This document shows positions 34,849 through 42,806 of a stretch of DNA of 64,000 nucleotides, piece by piece (within the stretch, counting starts at the first letter, position 1; the number at the start of each line of letters is the position of its first letter). The position numbers and the translations under genes are program-made. Source of the stretch: a virus (taxonomy: Duplodnaviria; Heunggongvirae; Uroviricota; Caudoviricetes); the IMG/VR virus record IMGVR_UViG_3300030339_000018, one strand, 5' to 3'. The notes under the pieces were generated by a model. The model was not told the origin of the DNA. It saw nothing but the letters and a program-made list of their open reading frames with translations, and did not search any database.

Positions 34849-34921
34849 TATGCAAGCTGCGAATCGAACGCAGGACACTCGGTTTAGAAAACCGATGCTC
34901 TATCCCCTGAGCTACAAGCAC
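34849..34921 (-). tRNA. tRNA-Arg (anticodon TCT); acceptor stem carries U.U mismatches
   Basis: D arm GCTCAGGGGATAGAGC, anticodon arm TCGGT-TTTCTAA-ACCGA, T arm CTGCG-TTCGATT-CGCAG. Coordinates approximate. Confidence 0.55.
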
Positions 34922-34924
34922 ATA

Positions 34925-35512
34925 TTACTTATCTTTAGGATAGCGAAATTCATTTCTTGCACTATTCTTATTCTTTGATTTAAATGTATCTAATTGAGAA
35001 TCACAGTTAGGACAAATACACCTATAATTTTCTCTAATGTTATTTGCTGCATCTCCATCAATATGATCTAATATTAAAACTAAATGTTTATTATTCCATA
35101 CAGAATCCATCCCACAAATTGCACATTTATTACCTTGTTCTTTAAGAATAAAAGGTTTTACAGTAGTAATACTATAATTACCTCTTTGATATTCTTTTGG
35201 AGAAGTAAGAAAATAATCATATAATTCTTTAGATTGAAATTCTTTTTGACATGTAATTCCACAATATTTTCTTTGAGTAGTTGTATCTAAAGGTTTTCCA
35301 CAATTTACACAAACTAAATCAGCATATTTATTTACACCTTTTCTAAATGTTTCAGATTCATTTATCTTTCTACGTTGTGGTAATTCAATTCCAAATTTTT
35401 TAGCAACTTTTCTTATATTTGAACCAGTGCAACCATAAGTTAAACCAATTGTATTATAAGGGATATTTTGTACTAAAATTAACTCCTCTAATTCTTCTTT
35501 TATATATTCCAT
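34925..35512 (-). CDS. HNH endonuclease with Zn-ribbon repeats
   Basis: ...LVLILDHIDGDAANNIRENYRCICPNCD... HNH motif; TAcCTTTG promoter-like motif at about 35529-35545 upstream. Confidence 0.5.
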   Translation of the reverse strand: MEYIKEELEELILVQNIPYNTIGLTYGCTGSNIRKVAKKFGIELPQRRKINESETFRKGVNKYADLVCVNCGKPLDTTTQRKYCGITCQKEFQSKELYDYFLTSPKEYQRGNYSITTVKPFILKEQGNKCAICGMDSVWNNKHLVLILDHIDGDAANNIRENYRCICPNCDSQLDTFKSKNKNSARNEFRYPKDK

Positions 35513-35630
35513 TTTTATTAATTATTTATACTACAAAGGTACAAATAATTTTTGATATAAAATAGTTTGAATTAGTTAATTTATGTTAAAAGTGTACTGT
35601 TCTATTCAGTTGAACTATCCAGGCATTTAG

Positions 35631-35701
35631 CAAGTACACTAGGATTCGAGCCTAGATCAGGAGTTTTGGAGACTCTTATGCTACCATTGAATCATATACC
35701 T
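35631..35701 (-). tRNA. tRNA-Trp (anticodon CCA)
   Basis: Anticodon loop CTCCAAA; T arm CTAGG-CTCGAAT-CCTAG. D arm is imperfect. Approximate coordinates. Confidence 0.45.
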
Positions 35702-36138
35702 ATTTTAATTAATATCACATATTAAAGCTTTTCTTTTTTCACAAACTCCATAATAAAATTTAAGATTTTTTAATCCTCTCAAATAAACATTTTGTCTTTG
35801 TGTATCATCCCAATGAATTACAATTTTTGATTTTATAGTTTTATCTGTAATCCAATAATTTGGTTTATTTTTAATATATTCAATAAAATGTTTAATACAA
35901 TTTTTTGCCCATATTAAACTCTTTAATCCATCTTTTCCAGTTACTTTTAAAAATTGATAACCTTCTTTTCTTTTACCAATTTGTAATTTAACATAATACC
36001 AATCACATTTATTAGTACTATCACATTCTAATTCTAAAAAAAGAATTTGACCTGCTTCATTTTTAGTAATATAATAATAAATATCTTTATATTTATTATT
36101 AGGTTTTAATACAATTTCATACATATTATTAATTTTTG

Positions 36139-36219
36139 TACATATAGCAGGACTCGAACCTGCACGCCCCTACGAGCATCGGAGTCTAAACCCGATATGT
36201 CTACCATTCCATCATATAC
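36139..36219 (-). tRNA. tRNA-Leu (anticodon TAG), type II
   Basis: Anticodon loop TTTAGAC, long variable arm GCTCGTAGGGGCGTGC, T arm GCAGG-TTCGAGT-CCTGC. Confidence 0.6.
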
Positions 36220-36226
36220 GCATTTG

Positions 36227-36299
36227 AGCCAAAGGTGGGGCACGATCCCACAACCCTCTCATTACAAGTGAGATACTCTACCAATTGAGCTACTTCGGC
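36227..36299 (-). tRNA. tRNA-Thr (anticodon TGT)
   Basis: GCCGAAG acceptor, D arm GCTCAATTGGTAGAGT, anticodon arm TCTCA-CTTGTAA-TGAGA. Confidence 0.65.
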
Positions 36300-36435
36300 A
36301 ATTTTAGAGGGTCACTATTAACCTCTTTGATGTTGTTTCTTCTTATTCGTACACGTGTTTGAAATTCAGACTGGACTACATTTCTTTACCAGATAGTTTT
36401 AAATATATAAGACTAATGAAAACCTATATATCTTG

Positions 36436-36522
36436 CGGAGAGTACCGGATTCGAACCGATGTGCCCTGTTACAGGCCACTAGTTTAGCAAACTAGCACGA
36501 TAAACCACTCTGCCAACTCTCC
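36436..36522 (-). tRNA. tRNA-Ser (anticodon GCT), type II
   Basis: GGAGAGT/ACTCTCC acceptor, anticodon arm CTAGT-TTGCTAA-ACTAG, long variable arm, T arm ATCGG-TTCGAAT-CCGGT. Confidence 0.65.
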
Positions 36523-37073
36523 AATACATTACTTATGTTGCATATGATAGTGTTTAACTCTCAAATCAACTTTACTTTGTTTTAATTTACTATTAGCAAA
36601 TAAGTTATAAACAGGTTCTTCTAATATGTGATGAATAACATATATAGGAAAATTTAATATATCTATACCAATACAATATTTAACTATCATATTTTTCTTG
36701 CAAATTTATGAATCAACCATCCAAAAACTAAAACAGCCCCTATTATAATTCCAATAATAATTCCAATTCCTATTTTAAACATTATTTTTTAATTTACGTT
36801 TTTGACCATGATATTTAATTTCAATCATAAATATTCATAAGTGACCTTCTTTTTTTTTCCAATCATCTCCATATGATAAACCGCATTAATAGGTCTATCT
36901 TCAATTATACAAACTCCATTCCCAATATAATTATACGATCTTGCATACATTTTATCATTGGTGGAATCTCTAATACATATTTCTTTACCTTTTAAATACT
37001 GCCAATTAATTATAACATCATTACATAATTGATGAAAACTTCCTTGAACTATTTGCATATTATTTAATTTTTG

Positions 37074-37161
37074 GGTGAAAGGTGGGATTCGAACCCACAT
37101 TAGTCATTACAACATTCCTGATTCACAATCAGGTCGGCATCCCTTACCGGCTACAATCACC
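37074..37161 (-). tRNA. tRNA-His-like (anticodon GTG), non-canonical: two U.U pairs in the acceptor stem and about 18 nt between the anticodon and T arms
   Basis: Anticodon arm CCTGA-TTGTGAA-TCAGG, T arm GTGGG-TTCGAAT-CCCAC, possible G-1. Confidence 0.35.
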
Positions 37162-37171
37162 ATATAAAAAG

Positions 37172-37254
37172 TGGGACATGATGGAGTCGAACCACCCGAG
37201 TCCGAAGACAACTGCTTTACAGGCAGTCCCGCTACCCCTACGGTATAACATCCC
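37172..37254 (-). tRNA. tRNA-Tyr (anticodon GTA), type II
   Basis: Anticodon arm ACTGC-CTGTAAA-GCAGT, long variable arm TTGTCTTCGGACTCGG, T arm GGTGG-TTCGACT-CCATC. Confidence 0.6.
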
Positions 37255-37554
37255 ATATAATAGTCTTTCCTATCAGTCATACTTCCTTTAAATTCTGTTT
37301 AGATAATTCATCCTAACGGCAAAGCAGTATTGTATAAACCAGTATTCTTTAAAATTATGCTTGTACCGGAGTATTAGCTTCTTTAATTTTTTCAGCAATT
37401 TTAGTATTAACTGCTTTTAAATTTGCTTGTGCTTGTTCAACTGTAACTATTTGATCATAAGCTAATGCTTTTAAATCATTTAATGACATTGTATCAAGAT
37501 TTACTTGTTGTTCATTCATTGTTTTAATTTTGACTATTATTTATCTCTTTTTAT

Positions 37555-38031
37555 TTATCTTACATTTATAATATTACTAAGTGTACCTTTACTACTAATA
37601 TTATATTTTAACATTAAATCTTTATAAGAATATCCAGAGTCACGATCAGCTTTAATTTCTATAACTAATTCATCTGAATATTTTTTATGTGCATTAGAAG
37701 CTTTATTAATTCTTATTTCTTTAGATTGATCCATCATATTATCACTATGTGTACCTATTTTAAGATTATCCCAAGAATTATTTAAAGAATTACTATCCAT
37801 ATGTCGAATCATTATATTTTCTTTATAAATTTCTTCTCCAAATTTTTGATATGCTTGTAATCTATGTACTCTAACTTTAATAGTTTTACCTAGTAATTTT
37901 GTACTAATAGTTTTATAACCATTATTAATTGTGCCTAATAAAATTTTTCCAGATTTACTAATGCATGTACCATCTTTTTCAACTTTGTACCCTAAATCAA
38001 AAAGTACTTTTTCATAATATGTATATTCCAT
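37555..38031 (-). CDS. HNH_3-family homing endonuclease
   Basis: ...VHRLQAYQKFGEEI...IRHMDSNSLNNSWDNLKIGTHSDNMMD... It is preceded directly by a tRNA-like gene. Confidence 0.5.
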   Translation of the reverse strand: MEYTYYEKVLFDLGYKVEKDGTCISKSGKILLGTINNGYKTISTKLLGKTIKVRVHRLQAYQKFGEEIYKENIMIRHMDSNSLNNSWDNLKIGTHSDNMMDQSKEIRINKASNAHKKYSDELVIEIKADRDSGYSYKDLMLKYNISSKGTLSNIINVR

Positions 38032-38044
38032 ATAATAATTTAAG

Positions 38045-38127
38045 CGGAAGAAGTAGGTCCCGACCCCAAGATGTTTCCGTCCGTACAGATTTCAAGTCTG
38101 TCTTGCTACCTAAGCAATTCATCTTCC
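38045..38127 (-). tRNA. tRNA-Ser-like (anticodon TGA if minus strand), type II-like with aberrant T arm; possibly a pseudo-tRNA
   Basis: Acceptor GGAAGAT/TTCTTCC, D arm TTGC-TTAGGTA-GCAA, perfectly palindromic anticodon stem ACAGA-CTTGAAA-TCTGT. No canonical TTCRA T loop. Confidence 0.3.
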
Positions 38128-38206
38128 ATTAACGAGATTGCTTTGAACCTCTAAAGTCAACCTATATTGATACATATAGGATTTTAGTCTTTCTGGAGAA
38201 AGAATA

Positions 38207-38992
38207 TTATTTTTTAACTATATTTAAAATATCATAAAATTTACACCATTTTCTTATAGCATTATCTGTAACACCATAAAATTTACCAACAGCAACAAAT
38301 GAAATTAATTCTTTAAATTTAGATATAAGTTCTTCAGAAGTAGGTCTTTTACTACCATTAATTTTGTGTGAACATTCTTGAGAACAACATTTATTTTTTC
38401 TAGATTTACCAATTAATTCTTTATTACAGTATAAGCAATATTTAGGAATAATTTCTTTAATTTCTTTAACTTTAATTTCTTTAATTATTTCAATTGGAAT
38501 AATATTTTCATTCACAATAAGACTTTCTTCTTTTTTACCTTTACCTCTATAATTATCAGTAAAAGCGTGACAATTAGGGCATAACATTTGTAAATTTTCA
38601 ATACAATGATTAGTATTTACTCCATCAATATGATGTAATTCTAAAGGAATAGGTTCTTCCATTCATTCAGTATTATTACATTTTTCACATCTATATTCCT
38701 TAATACCTTCTTTTAATAATCTTTTATTTAATTTTGATGTAGAAAAAGTAGAATAAGATACTAAAATTTCTTCAATTGGTTGGGCAAATTTAATTTGTGT
38801 ATATCTTAATCCAACATTCCATACTTGCCCAGTAAAATGATCTGTATTTAAATCATATTCTTTAATTTTAGCATGAATTGTTTTGTAATTTCCTCCAACT
38901 GCTTTTAATCCTATTTGTCGGCATACTCCAGCAATAGATAAATTTTCTTTTACTGCAATTCTAATTTGTTCTTCTGTGTACTTAGTTCTCAT
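38207..38992 (-). CDS. HNH homing endonuclease with N-terminal HTH and C-terminal DNA-binding module; single gene containing an in-frame TGA at 38663-38665
   Basis: ORF-track pieces 38663..38992 and 38207..38662 are in one frame. TGA lies between YRCEKCNNTE and MEEPIPLELHHIDGVNTNHCIENLQMLCPNCH, so the CxxC...HH...N...CxxCH HNH motif spans the TGA. TAcCTTTG promoter-like motif at about 39009-39025. Confidence 0.6.
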
Positions 38993-39074
38993 TTTTATAA
39001 TTATTTAATACACAAAGGTACTAAATAATTTTGAGTCTACCAAATCGAATTATGTTAAAATATATTAAAAATAG

Positions 39075-39155
39075 TACCCGTAGCAGGAGTCCAACCTGCA
39101 CGCTTTTAGGCGCTCCCGCTTAAAAGGAGTGTGTCTAGCATTTCACCATACGGGT
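39075..39155 (-). tRNA. tRNA-Leu (anticodon TAA), type II
   Basis: ACCCGTA/TACGGGT acceptor, anticodon arm CTCCT-TTTAAGC-GGGAG, variable arm CGCCTAAAAGCGT, T arm GCAGG-TTGGACT-CCTGC. Confidence 0.55.
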
Positions 39156-39209
39156 ATTAATTGATTATTTTATATATAATCATAGTTTTAAGAACCATTC
39201 GTTCTTTGT

Positions 39210-39280
39210 TGTCCCATCTAGATTCGAACTAGAGCTATTTGAGTCAAAGTCAAATGTGTTAGACCACTACACTATGGAAC
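39210..39280 (-). tRNA. tRNA-Gln (anticodon TTG)
   Basis: Anticodon arm TTTGA-CTTTGAC-TCAAA; T arm CTAGTTCGAATCTAG. Confidence 0.6.
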
Positions 39281-39548
39281 AATATTATTTTTCTATGCAG
39301 TAAGTGCTTAGACTTGCCTATCATACCTATCAGAATCATTTAATCTGGCACTAATCTTGGTTAGAAAAATTTAATTTAAAGGTACTGAATATCTTAACCC
39401 ACCAGTACAGTCTCAATTCAATTGTATCGCTGTATACGAATACCTTCATGAGGATGGAAGAATTGCTCACACGTTACCTTTATATTGTAAGAATATCATC
39501 ATTAGAAATACAATAAATTGTATTTCATCACACTACTATATTCTTGAG

Positions 39549-39619
39549 CGGGAAGTGTAGGAATCGAACCTACGCCTATTGATTAACAGTCAACTGCTCG
39601 ACCTTCGAGCTAACAACCC
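39549..39619 (-). tRNA. tRNA-Asn (anticodon GTT); acceptor stem with two U.U pairs
   Basis: D arm GCTCGAAGGTCGAGC, anticodon arm GTTGA-CTGTTAA-TCAAT, T arm GTAGG-TTCGATT-CCTAC. Confidence 0.55.
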
Positions 39620-39742
39620 AGTTTATAATTTTTGCTTACCATCGCTTCACTGTTAAAATTACAAAAATACATCAGTTACCATTATCGTTGTTTCTGCATC
39701 AACGCTTCATCCGAAGAGGTCTATAGTCGGTTACTATAACTG

Positions 39743-39816
39743 AGCGATAAGTGGGTCTCCAACCCACAACCTCCGACTTGGAAGGACGGCACTCTAAGCA
39801 ATTGAGCTATTATCGC
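39743..39816 (-). tRNA. tRNA-Gly (anticodon TCC)
   Basis: GCGATAA/TTATCGC acceptor, anticodon arm CCGTC-CTTCCAA-GTCGG (one U.U), T arm GTGGG-TTGGAGA-CCCAC. Confidence 0.5.
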
Positions 39817-40248
39817 ATTTTAATTTAATACTATATCAGGGGTTTTCTATTGTACATTTAGCGAGCTCCCTTATACACATCATGACTAAATTCATGTTAT
39901 TTCCATTTTACAGAAACTATAATATTAAATTATTTTATTAGTTGTAATCTATCAAAGATTAAACCATTATTTTCTATTGCTATGGCTGTAATTGTGCCAC
40001 ATAAATCTGGTTCATGAAATTCAGAAAATGTATATCCATTGTTTGCTAACTTTGGAATCCATTCATCTAAATTTGCTGATAAAAAGAATAAATAGTTGTT
40101 ATTCCATTCTTGTGTTTCTTTATTATCAAGGAGGAATTGTGCTACTGCATGTGCTCCTTGGACACATCCATATACGCTATTTAATCTATTATTAATTAAT
40201 ACGTATAGTTTTCTTTCTTCTACTTGTTCCATTATTATTATTATTTTG

Positions 40249-40320
40249 TGCACCGCCCCAGACTTGAACTGGGAACCTATCGGTTAAAAGCCGAGAGCTC
40301 TACATTGGAGCTAGCGGTGC
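40249..40320 (-). tRNA. tRNA-Lys (anticodon TTT)
   Basis: GCACCGC/GCGGTGC acceptor, anticodon loop CTTTTAA, T arm CCCAG-TTCAAGT-CTGGG. Confidence 0.6.
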
Positions 40321-40481
40321 GAGTTTGTTGGAATAGGCAAATCACCAACTATGATACATGCATTGAAAAGAATCACTTTTACTAATTGTATCTTTCACAT
40401 AAAAGTAGATAATGTGATTAGCATTAAACGTACTTTTTCTATACTAAGTGATGTAGCAGAGCAGTTTATTAAACTGTTGTG

Positions 40482-40553
40482 TGAGCCTAATAGGAGTCGA
40501 ACCTATATCCCAGGATTCGTAATCCTGTGTTCTATCCATTGAACTATAAGCTC
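40482..40553 (-). tRNA. tRNA-Arg (anticodon ACG)
   Basis: Anticodon arm CAGGA-TTACGAA-TCCTG, T arm ATAGG-TTCGACT-CCTAT. Confidence 0.6.
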
Positions 40554-40563
40554 TCATTAATTG

Positions 40564-40636
40564 TGACCTCTGCTGGATTTGAACCAGCGACACCTAGATC
40601 TTCAATCTAGTGCTCTACCAACTGAGCTAAGAGGTC
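40564..40636 (-). tRNA. tRNA-Phe (anticodon GAA)
   Basis: GACCTCT/AGAGGTC acceptor, D arm GCTCAGTTGGTAGAGC, anticodon arm CTAGA-TTGAAGA-TCTAG, T arm GCTGG-TTCAAAT-CCAGC. Confidence 0.7.
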
Positions 40637-40683
40637 AAGCAAGATTTTTACTTCTAGGAAGAAATACCTTGAAAAAGAACCGT

Positions 40684-40753
40684 TGCGATATCAAGAATTG
40701 AACTTGAATCAAATGGATATGAGCCAAACATTCTACCATTGAACTATATCACA
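40684..40753 (-). tRNA. tRNA-Met/Ile2-type (anticodon CAT), elongator-like
   Basis: Acceptor TGTGATA/TATCGCA, anticodon loop CTCATAT, anticodon stem with two U.U mismatches, T arm TCAAG-TTCAATT-CTTGA. Confidence 0.5.
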
Positions 40754-40754
40754 G

Positions 40755-40828
40755 TGGGGAAAATAGGACTTGAACCTATGACCTCCCGGGTATCAGCCGG
40801 ACGCTCTAACCAACTGAGCTATATCCCC
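40755..40828 (-). tRNA. tRNA-Ile (anticodon GAT)
   Basis: D arm GCTCAGTTGGTTAGAGC, anticodon arm TCCGG-CTGATAC-CCGGG, T arm ATAGG-TTCAAGT-CCTAT. Confidence 0.65.
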
Positions 40829-41164
40829 ATTATTTTTCTAAATATTGGAATATAAAAATCTATGGATTGTATATCTTTTCTATGAATAGATACTTTATAA
40901 TTATCATATCTTTTAGATGTATTAGGTTGTCCAATTGGATCTTTCCATATTCTAAAATCTTTCATTACAAAATTTATGTATTCTCCTTCAAATACAACAT
41001 CTATTGGATAATGATAATACTCATTCATACCACTAGGTTTTAATTTATGTAGTATAATCCAACAAATTCTTTTATTACTTAATAATCTTGGTAAACTTTT
41101 AAAAACTTTTCTTGTCATTTGGATGTATTTTATTAATTAATACTGTCCGCCATTTTAATAATTT

Positions 41165-41239
41165 GAGCTCATACTCCGATTTGAACGGAGGAAATATTGG
41201 TTTTGCAGACCAACGCGTTAGACCACTTCGCCATATGAG
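41165..41239 (-). tRNA. tRNA-Cys (anticodon GCA)
   Basis: GCTCATA/TATGAGC acceptor, anticodon arm TTGGT-CTGCAAA-ACCAA, T arm TCCG-TTCAAAT-CGGA. Confidence 0.65.
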
Positions 41240-41402
41240 CATTTAAAAATTCAGTTCTTGCATAAGAAATAATAAACGTTAATTAGTTTTTTGTACGGGA
41301 GTTACACCTATTTATTATATTTACACAAACTAACTTATGCCTAAGTAAATAGCCCACTATATACGCTTCCACTATTTGTTTGCTTCAATCTGAATTTTAT
41401 TG

Positions 41403-41535
41403 TTGCGAGCGCCGGATTCGAACCGTGTCTCGGGGTTATAGCTTTATTCTATTCTAAAATAAATTTTAGTTTGAACATTTCACAGACTTTTAAACCTGTA
41501 TGAGCCCAGTGAGCTACCATTGCTCCACCCTCGCA
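41403..41535 (-). tRNA. initiator-like tRNA (anticodon CAT, GGG/CCC anticodon stem) interrupted by an intervening sequence of about 62 nt in the anticodon loop
   Basis: 5' half GCGAGGG-TG-GAGCAATGGTAGCTC-A-CTGGG-CTCATA..., 3' half ...CCCCG-AGAC-ACGGTTCGAATCCGG-CGCTCGCA. Between them lies about 62 nt of AU-rich sequence with the hairpin CTAAAATTTATTTTAG. Confidence 0.4.
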
Positions 41536-41549
41536 TCTGTTATATTTTG

Positions 41550-41622
41550 TATAAGCGGTGAGACTCGAACTCACGACCACATGCTCCCAAAGCATGCATT
41601 CTACCAACTGAAATACGCCTAT
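41550..41622 (-). tRNA. tRNA-Pro (anticodon TGG)
   Basis: Anticodon arm CATGC-TTTGGGA-GCATG, T arm GTGAG-TTCGAGT-CTCAC. Confidence 0.6.
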
Positions 41623-41729
41623 ATTTAATTAGAAATCCAATTTTTCAGGATCTTTGAAAGATAAAAACTCATTTGCGAATAATAATCCGTTCTTTAAATA
41701 AATATCTTGTTTCATATCTAAATCATTTG

Positions 41730-41802
41730 CAGTACTGATGGGAATCAAACCCACTAAATCTCGATAGACAGTCGAGTGCACCAATCGTTATGCGCCAGTA
41801 CT
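41730..41802 (-). tRNA. tRNA-Asp (anticodon GTC)
   Basis: AGTACTG/CAGTACT acceptor, anticodon arm CTCGA-CTGTCTA-TCGAG, T arm GTGGG-TTTGATT-CCCAT. Confidence 0.6.
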
Positions 41803-41808
41803 ATTTTT

Positions 41809-41882
41809 GTAATCGGTATCGGATTCAAACCGATGTTACTTCATAGAAGGTGAAGTGTGCTAGGTCACTGCACTAACCGATC
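41809..41882 (-). tRNA. tRNA-Glu (anticodon TTC)
   Basis: D arm GTGCAGTGACCTAGCAC, anticodon arm CTTCA-CCTTCTA-TGAAG, T arm ATCGG-TTTGAAT-CCGAT. Confidence 0.6.
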
Positions 41883-41885
41883 ATT

Positions 41886-42806
41886 TTATTTTAATAACTT
41901 AATATCCTTTTGTTTAGATGGTAATTCATAAAATTTACACCATTTTCTTATTGTATTGTCACTTACTCCAAAATCCTTTCCTAATTTTAAAAAAGAATTC
42001 ATCTTAATTAATTCTAATAAATCTTCTTTAGAGGGTCTTTCAACTTTTCTTTGATTTAAAGCTCTTAGTTTTTCTTTTTCAGAATAACCATTTTCGTCAC
42101 GAAATACTTTTTCTTTAATCTTAGGCATTGTAACAATACCTATCGTTTGATAAATAATTTCTTTTGTTTCAAGAGAATGTAAAACTATTTGAATAACTTC
42201 ATCAATATTAGTTTTAATCTGATTTTCAGCAATTCTAATAATATTCCAACCATTGTTTTTTAATAACAAATCCTTTTCGCCATCTTTAATTTTTCTTTCC
42301 TCTAACAAATGTTGAGAACCATCTATCTCAATAGCTAACTTTTCATTAATGAACGCAAAATCAATAAAATATGGAAATACACTATATTCTCTTGCAATTA
42401 AGTATTTTTTATCTAATTCAAATCTTTCTAAGGCTTCTTTAAATAAATTTTCAGGATAAGATATAGTGGAAGTTCTCCAAGCTGTATTCTCTGGATGTTC
42501 TTTCATATATTTTAGTCTAGCAATTCTTATTTTTTCTTTAGACTCATCAGAATGATGTAATGTATACTTTTTAGAAGCAATTTTTCGTGCTTCAGAAAAA
42601 GAACGAGTAAGTCCTTTTAAAATTCTTTGAACTATACAAGTAGATAAATCATATTCTTTTTTAATATCATTTATAGAATAATTTAATTCTATATATTTAT
42701 TTTTAATATCTAACAAATTTAATGCTGTTAATTTACATGCATTTTGATGGGCAATTTGTCCGCCTTTATTAGAAAATTCTAGTCCACATTTTTCACAAAT
42801 ATTCAT
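41886..42806 (-). CDS. homing-endonuclease-like protein: N-terminal Zn finger, central restriction-endonuclease-like (DUF559/Vsr-like) domain, C-terminal HTH module
   Basis: CEKCGLEFSNKGGQIAHQNAC; FAFINEKLAIEIDGSQH; C-terminal KLGKDFGVSDNTIRKWCKFYELP, the same module found in the HNH at 38207..38992. TAtCTTTG promoter-like motif at about 42814-42828. Confidence 0.4.
   Translation of the reverse strand: MNICEKCGLEFSNKGGQIAHQNACKLTALNLLDIKNKYIELNYSINDIKKEYDLSTCIVQRILKGLTRSFSEARKIASKKYTLHHSDESKEKIRIARLKYMKEHPENTAWRTSTISYPENLFKEALERFELDKKYLIAREYSVFPYFIDFAFINEKLAIEIDGSQHLLEERKIKDGEKDLLLKNNGWNIIRIAENQIKTNIDEVIQIVLHSLETKEIIYQTIGIVTMPKIKEKVFRDENGYSEKEKLRALNQRKVERPSKEDLLELIKMNSFLKLGKDFGVSDNTIRKWCKFYELPSKQKDIKLLK

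Noticed and set aside
38045-38127. Plus-strand opal-suppressor tRNA (UCA anticodon) at the palindromic anticodon arm
   Set aside because: On the plus strand the would-be D region is 32 nt long and the would-be T loop is TACCTAA. Only the minus-strand reading gives a tRNA-like D arm, so the UCA reading is probably an artefact of stem symmetry.
40684-40828. Apparent overlap of tRNA-Met and tRNA-Ile
   Set aside because: On recounting they are adjacent with a 1-nt spacer (40754), not overlapping.
36140-41882. CRISPR array or other direct-repeat array in the tRNA region
   Set aside because: Repeats are tRNA genes and promoter cassettes of varying spacing and sequence, not fixed-length repeat-spacer units.
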